From Bdellovibrionota bacterium (lineage in GTDB: Bacteria; Bdellovibrionota_C; UBA2361; JBGSMV01), in the NCBI GenBank assembly GCA_044356455.1, contig JBIKWF010000093.1:1-18226 (forward strand): DNA of 18,226 nucleotides. The letters are read 5' to 3'. Positions 15,561 through 18,226 of this stretch are shown here, piece by piece. The notes under the pieces are model-generated. The model was not told the origin of the DNA and ran no database searches. It was given only the letters and a program-made list of their open reading frames with translations. Both the position numbers and the translations under genes were made by a program. The number at the start of each line of letters is the position of its first letter. Position 1 is the stretch's first letter.

Positions 15561-15932
15561 ATGAGCATTACTCCCACTCTCATCAAACGTATCGAAGGCA
15601 AAGGCGTCCTCATCCGCTGGTCCGACGGCAGCACCTCGGAGCTTTCGAGCTCGGTTTTACGCACGCAATGCCCCTGCGCCATGTGCCGCGAAAAGCGCGG
15701 AGAAGGATCGCACGACACCCCTCTCACTCCAGCACCTCAGAAAAAGCGCTCGCTTTCGATTGTTCAGAATTCTCTCTCAGAAGAATTAGATCTCACCCAA
15801 GTCTGGCCCATCGGGAACTATGCCTTAGGTATCCGCTGGGGAGACGGGCACGATACTGGTCTTTATACCTTTGAATATTTGCGCGAGCTCACAGGCATGT
15901 TTGGAACTTCGGGTGCTGCATCGGCAGGGTGA
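15561..15932 (+). CDS. DUF971 / gamma-butyrobetaine hydroxylase N-terminal-like domain protein
   Basis: IRWSDG, LRTQCPCAMC, PIGNYALGIRWGDGHDTGLYTFEYLREL. Confidence 0.9.
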   Translation: MSITPTLIKRIEGKGVLIRWSDGSTSELSSSVLRTQCPCAMCREKRGEGSHDTPLTPAPQKKRSLSIVQNSLSEELDLTQVWPIGNYALGIRWGDGHDTGLYTFEYLRELTGMFGTSGAASAG

Positions 15933-15968
15933 CGAGAACCTTCGCCTCGTTACCACCAACCATTCGCG

Positions 15969-17618
15969 TTGGCTCTCAACCACTCTCTCTGTGTGCCGCT
16001 CTCTATGCTTGCTCCCCTCGCGCTCCCTCTCATTGCCACGATTTTAGCATTCGTAGTTCTCGCTGCAGTGGTAAGCCTTAAGCTAACCCCCGGCGCTGCC
16101 TTCTTTGCCAGTGACCAAGGCCTTTCCATGGCTGTGGCTCAAACCATGCTCTCGGGCAATATTCCACTCCTTGGGCCCCCTTCACATATTGGAGGCAGGC
16201 ACGTTGGGCCGCTCTACTATTGGTACCAAACACTCCTTTGGTGGCTAAGCGGCCAAGACGAATTTCGCACGATTGTCCTTGATTCAATTGTCAAACTCGG
16301 CGCAGCCATTGGCTTCGTGTTGCTTACGAGCCTTTACGCCCCCAAACACGCCCGCGGCTGGAGCGCATTTGGAGCAAGTCTTGCCGTGGGACTTGGGCCT
16401 TTAATTTCAGTCTACCGCGACTTCTGGCAACCTCACCTTCTGCTGGTCGTTGGTGTTCTGCATTGGTGGGCCGTATTACGGTTTCTCAAACGTGAGACCT
16501 CGCACTTAGGCTGGGTACTTGTTTCGGGGAGCTTATGCTTACAGGCGCACTATGCCGCCGGCATCATGGCTGCAACCTCTACGCTTGCGCTACTCCTTAG
16601 AAGTGATGAATCCGGAGTACGGGGCTGGCAGCACTCGCTCTCATGTTCGTGGTCAGCGCTCGGGGCAGCTGCTGCTTGTATAATCCTTTGGATTCCAACC
16701 GTACTATATGAGCTTAACTATCCTTCGAACATAGGTGCGCTATTGTCGGCGTTGCAGCGTCCCTTATCGCCAGAGGCCCAGGCCGGGCTTTGGGGTTCGC
16801 TTAGAAATTCGATTGCATTTCTGAGTCAGTACGCGCTAGGGGCTCCGGAAGTTACAGTCACACAATTGGTGACCAGTCCCTGGACATGGCTATTCGTTCT
16901 CCTATCGACGCCTTGCCTGCTCTCTCTTGTAAGGGGAATGACTGGGCCCGCACGATTTCTTCTTTGGCAAACTCTTCTTGGACTATGTCTCTACACACTG
17001 CTCCTTGCCCGGCAAAGAGCTCCTCTTGAACGTTACTTTCTATTTCCGATGATCCCCTTGATTGTTATGTCTTGGGGGATCGTCTTTGGAGCGGCCTTTT
17101 CTCGCATCGCCCCTGGCTGTGGACTCCCCACCTTTAAAAATAGAATCACCTATGGAAGCTCGCTCGCCCTAGTATTCCTTCTGCTCTCGTTAAGCTTCTC
17201 AAACTATTGGCGCTGGATAGATCGGCTTAGGCACCGACCTCTTGACCGAGCGCTTTCCCTCTCTGCTGCCAAAACCATTGGAACCTCCCTCGGAGCAAGT
17301 AGCGAACCTCACGCTCTGGTGACCTGGGGCAGCGCCCACATTATGGAATACTCCTACCTCTATTTTGCTGGCCCCCGATATTGGAACGCCATGTCGCAAG
17401 GGCGCGAGCTCAAAGAACTCGCCGTGTTTCAGGAGCCTGCTGAGCAAAAAATCCAAGGGACCCTTATCGCCTGTCCACTTCCATCAAGAGAGCGCCGCGC
17501 CCAACTTGCTACCCGACTTGCCGCGCGCTGGAAGATCTCGAACTGGGCGAGCTGTGGAGATGCCCGCATATGCGGTAGCTGCGCGAAAGCTCAGCTTACC
17601 TCTCCTCTTTCCAGGTAG
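15969..17618 (+). CDS. Polytopic membrane glycosyltransferase-like protein (GT-C fold, ArnT/GT39-like)
   Basis: Many hydrophobic segments. First loop SDQG...PLLGPPSHIGGRHVGPLYYW; also WQPH, LQAHY, WIPTVLYEL and ERYFLFPMIP. Start uncertain (TTG 15969 or ATG 16005). Confidence 0.7.
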   Translation: MALNHSLCVPLSMLAPLALPLIATILAFVVLAAVVSLKLTPGAAFFASDQGLSMAVAQTMLSGNIPLLGPPSHIGGRHVGPLYYWYQTLLWWLSGQDEFRTIVLDSIVKLGAAIGFVLLTSLYAPKHARGWSAFGASLAVGLGPLISVYRDFWQPHLLLVVGVLHWWAVLRFLKRETSHLGWVLVSGSLCLQAHYAAGIMAATSTLALLLRSDESGVRGWQHSLSCSWSALGAAAACIILWIPTVLYELNYPSNIGALLSALQRPLSPEAQAGLWGSLRNSIAFLSQYALGAPEVTVTQLVTSPWTWLFVLLSTPCLLSLVRGMTGPARFLLWQTLLGLCLYTLLLARQRAPLERYFLFPMIPLIVMSWGIVFGAAFSRIAPGCGLPTFKNRITYGSSLALVFLLLSLSFSNYWRWIDRLRHRPLDRALSLSAAKTIGTSLGASSEPHALVTWGSAHIMEYSYLYFAGPRYWNAMSQGRELKELAVFQEPAEQKIQGTLIACPLPSRERRAQLATRLAARWKISNWASCGDARICGSCAKAQLTSPLSR

Positions 17619-17624
17619 CTCAAA

Positions 17625-17722
17625 TAGGACACCCACACTCCAAGAGAAGCTCTCTGAGATTTTACTCCTCGAACTTGTCAAAACACCGGGCAATGAAAGC
17701 CCCACCCCAAGTAGGACACCCA
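17625..17722. repeat. 11-bp direct repeat TAGGACACCCA, possible duplicated element end
   Basis: Exact copies at 17625-17635 and 17712-17722, downstream of the transposase stop. Confidence 0.6.
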
Positions 17723-17909
17723 TTTTCTGCCAGGGACTATCTAAAATTGTTCGACACGAACTAAAAAAGCGCCGCGGGCTCTTAGGTAGCAGACCCGGAA
17801 ATGAATTCCTGCGCGGTATTGTTTCTGTAATAAATCGCTTGGGAGCAAAGTTCCGCAGGAAATTTTAAGGTTTCACTTAAGAGGAAAAGACCACCAGAGC
17901 GTACTGTTG

Positions 17910-18224
17910 CTAGGCGAAAGCCGCCCGCGCCGCATTGATTCCATGGAACCAGCACTTACCCGCTTTCTCAGCAGCTTCGATGAGTGCCTGAGCAGGACCC
18001 ACCATCCTTCGAAACCGGTGGCGATAGTTCGTGGTGGTATCAAGCCACGACTTAGGTTTGATATTGAGACGAACCAGAATCTCCTCAAGGTTACTTGGAA
18101 TACTCCCTTTGCCATCGACAACCACTCGTCCCGTGGCATCAACGAGACTTAGGTACTCCTTGGTAGTGATTTGGCTGTTGGTAGCCTCCTCTATGGAGAG
18201 CAGTGGAGGGTAAGCACTAACCAC
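17910..18224 (-). mobile_element. C-terminal part of an IS200-like Y1 / REP-associated tyrosine transposase (5' part lies outside the window)
   Basis: EYLSLVDATGR...KGSIPSNLEEILVRLNI...W...F...VG...W..G resembles the C-terminal extension of long Y1 transposases (YLxLVDxTGR...GxIP...ILxRLxI). The HUH motif is not in the window. Confidence 0.7.
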
Positions 18225-18226
18225 CG

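Noticed and set aside
17365..17868. 167-aa plus-strand ORF overlapping the glycosyltransferase end
   Set aside because: It overlaps a better-supported CDS in another frame, has no recognisable domain, and runs through the putative transposon end.

Overview
Chromosomal window from a bacterium, probably Bdellovibrionota or a related deltaproteobacterial lineage. The lineage is inferred from a Bd0055-type bacterial histone, a CckA-like hybrid kinase and a Hanks-type kinase. Most of it is housekeeping or signalling DNA. From left to right: a Ski2/HelY-like DEVH helicase split into two ATGA-coupled ORFs, an orphan MlaF-like ABC ATPase with degenerate catalytic residues, a tRNA-dihydrouridine synthase, a PAS-HK-REC hybrid kinase, a cold-shock protein convergent with the histone, a double-ACT-like protein, rlmN, ndk, an unusual DapD, coaD, a small hypothetical, a LysM lipoprotein, a membrane Ser/Thr kinase with HEAT repeats, a DUF971 protein, a GT-C type membrane glycosyltransferase, and the 3' end of a Y1/RAYT-like transposase. 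No tRNA, rRNA or CRISPR array was seen. The best leads are the split helicase, the degenerate stand-alone ABC ATPase, a multi-stem candidate leader RNA upstream of ndk, a strand-biased 133-nt hairpin upstream of the hybrid kinase, a G11 tract at the dapD ribosome-binding site, and the tailed histone. All calls come from reading motifs by eye; no searches or folding programs were run.
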